Shown: one piece after another, positions 62,646-64,000 of the stretch | Numbering within the stretch: the first letter of the stretch is position 1 | How the letters are laid out: each line of letters begins with the position of its first letter | Virus record (IMG/VR): IMGVR_UViG_3300046000_006880 | Length of the DNA stretch: 64,000 bases | Strand: one strand, 5' to 3' | Source of the DNA: an uncultured virus (IMG/VR IMGVR_UViG_3300046000_006880) | Lineage: Duplodnaviria; Heunggongvirae; Uroviricota; Caudoviricetes | Made by a program: the position numbers and the translations under genes | The notes under the pieces: model-generated | Told to the model about the DNA's origin: nothing | The model's input: the letters and a program-made list of their open reading frames with translations, nothing else | Databases searched by the model: none

Positions 62646-64000
62646 TTAGTAGTTTGAACTATTAAGTAGTGTTGCTACTGTAACAACTTCACATGCTACT
62701 GCTGCTGTTGCAATTAGTTGATAAGTATTATCAACATAGTCTGCAGAGAATGAAGCAAGATTGTTTGCATGTGTGCAAATTGTTCCATATTCAGTAATTG
62801 CAATATTATTGTTTCCATCTGTTGTAAGAAGAATTTCTGTAATTTGTGAATGTTTAGTTCCAGAAACAGGTCCAGCTACAGTAACAATATATTTTGCTGA
62901 ATCATAGTTACTAAAGGAATGAACATTTGCAGTTGAAGCAGTTCCAAATACTGTAAAGTTTGCTTCTTCTTGACGGACACCATTAAGTAAAATAGAGACT
63001 GTTGTAACACTTGCTGGGTAAATAACTTCATCTTGAATTGCACTAGTTGCACGAACATTTGAGAAGTAAAGATTTGTGCTTCCTTCTGTTAAGTCATCTG
63101 TGTCAAGACCTGCTACAACCGCATCGGTTGCACGAGCATTTGAGAAGTAAAGGTTAGTGCTTCCTTCAGATAGATCATCTGTATCAAGACCTGCTACAAC
63201 TGCGTCAGTTGCACGAACATTTGAGAAGTAAAGATTTGTACCTTCGGCAATATCATCTGTATCAAGACCTGCAAGTGCTGTTGCAATTGAGTTTGCTGCC
63301 TCATAGTTATTAGCAAGTCCATCTGCATAATTTTGTGCATTTGTTTGTGCAGTTGCAGCAGAACCATTAGCATCATACCAACCGTCTACTGTAGTGCGAT
63401 CAACAGAAATATCATCAGAGCCATCAAATGCAAGACCTGAACCAAGTGTTGCTGCAATGGTGTCTGCAGTAATATCAATACCTTGACCTACAGTTAATGT
63501 ATTTTGCTTCTGTGAAAGGCTATTTGCCATATCAGTTGCATAGTTTGGATTTTCTGCAATTGCATTAGCTAATTCAGCAAGAGTATTAAGAAGTTCAGGT
63601 GCTGAATCAACAAGTGCTGCCACAGAGTTATCTGTGTATTCACTAGCATATGCTTGAGTTGCAAGTATATCTGATCCCCAGAAAATGTATTCACCTGCAC
63701 CTGGTGTAATAACAACGTTACCATCACCATTAATTTCAAAGTCGCCTGCACCAGTGAAGGTAATTGCATCGCTAAATGATTTGTTTGAAAGTGTTTGTGT
63801 ATCTGATGTTCCAACTACGTTACCAGTTACTCCGTGAATATTTGAAGTAAGGCCTTCGTGTGTTGAAAGGTCTGCTGCTACATCTCCTGCTGCACCAAGT
63901 ACATCATATGATCCTGCGGTTGCATCCTGTGCACGAACATTTGAGAAGTAAAGATTTGTGCTTCCTTCAGTCAAATCATCTGTATCAAGACCTGCTACAA
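62646..64000 (-). CDS. Repeat-containing virion fibre protein (N-terminus beyond the window)
   Basis: Frame open to the window edge (VAGLDTDDLTEGSTNLYF...); LVDSAPELLNTLAELANAI motif; C-terminal SAKYIV...ITEYG domain. Confidence 0.75.
   Translation of the reverse strand, partial: VAGLDTDDLTEGSTNLYFSNVRAQDATAGSYDVLGAAGDVAADLSTHEGLTSNIHGVTGNVVGTSDTQTLSNKSFSDAITFTGAGDFEINGDGNVVITPGAGEYIFWGSDILATQAYASEYTDNSVAALVDSAPELLNTLAELANAIAENPNYATDMANSLSQKQNTLTVGQGIDITADTIAATLGSGLAFDGSDDISVDRTTVDGWYDANGSAATAQTNAQNYADGLANNYEAANSIATALAGLDTDDIAEGTNLYFSNVRATDAVVAGLDTDDLSEGSTNLYFSNARATDAVVAGLDTDDLTEGSTNLYFSNVRATSAIQDEVIYPASVTTVSILLNGVRQEEANFTVFGTASTANVHSFSNYDSAKYIVTVAGPVSGTKHSQITEILLTTDGNNNIAITEYGTICTHANNLASFSADYVDNTYQLIATAAVACEVVTVATLLNSSNY
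63046..63273 (-). repeat. Three tandem ~81 bp LDTDDxxEGxTNLYFSNxRA repeats, with a further copy at about 63930-64000
   Basis: catttgagaagtaaag and tcatctgt(a/g)tcaagacctgc recur on the plus strand. Confidence 0.9.

Noticed and set aside
1..64000. Prophage or integration module; stop-codon reassignment
   Set aside because: No integrase, repressor or host flanks are visible. Genes tile densely under the standard code, with TAA, TAG and TGA all used as stops.

Overview
The whole window is an AT-rich, gene-dense segment of a large tailed dsDNA bacteriophage. Long tape measure plus tail tube and no sheath indicate a siphovirus morphotype. A WhiB regulator and a DnaE-type polymerase point to an actinobacterial host; a low-GC freshwater lineage is my inference. 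Almost everything is on the minus strand. From right to left: virion fibre genes with two DUF1566-like tip paralogues; class II ribonucleotide reductase; portal, protease-scaffold, capsid, neck, tail tube, tail chaperones, tape measure, tail tip and fibres; a replication/recombination block (helicase, primase, SSB, DnaE, MazG-like, RecA, resolvases, Cas4-like nuclease); terminase; two large exported surface proteins; HslV-like protease, two tRNAs, Hsp20, a candidate small RNA, HNH, endolysin, nuclease, thioredoxin, WhiB and a holin. The left end holds a plus-strand methyltransferase/glycosyltransferase cluster. No integrase, CRISPR array, reverse transcriptase or intein was seen. Most notable sequence-level observations: (1) tail chaperones G and GT appear as two duplicated genes rather than one frameshifted gene; (2) a stand-alone copy of the capsid protein N-arm; (3) a tail fibre with 8 Cys-knob repeats matched by 8 register-matched YD repeats around an NG turn; (4) a ROSE-like RNA thermometer on hsp20; (5) a tRNA-Gly with a compensated A19-U56 elbow pair; (6) an unassigned structured RNA; (7) a probable ATT start codon. 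All product calls come from motif recognition by eye, with no database searches.
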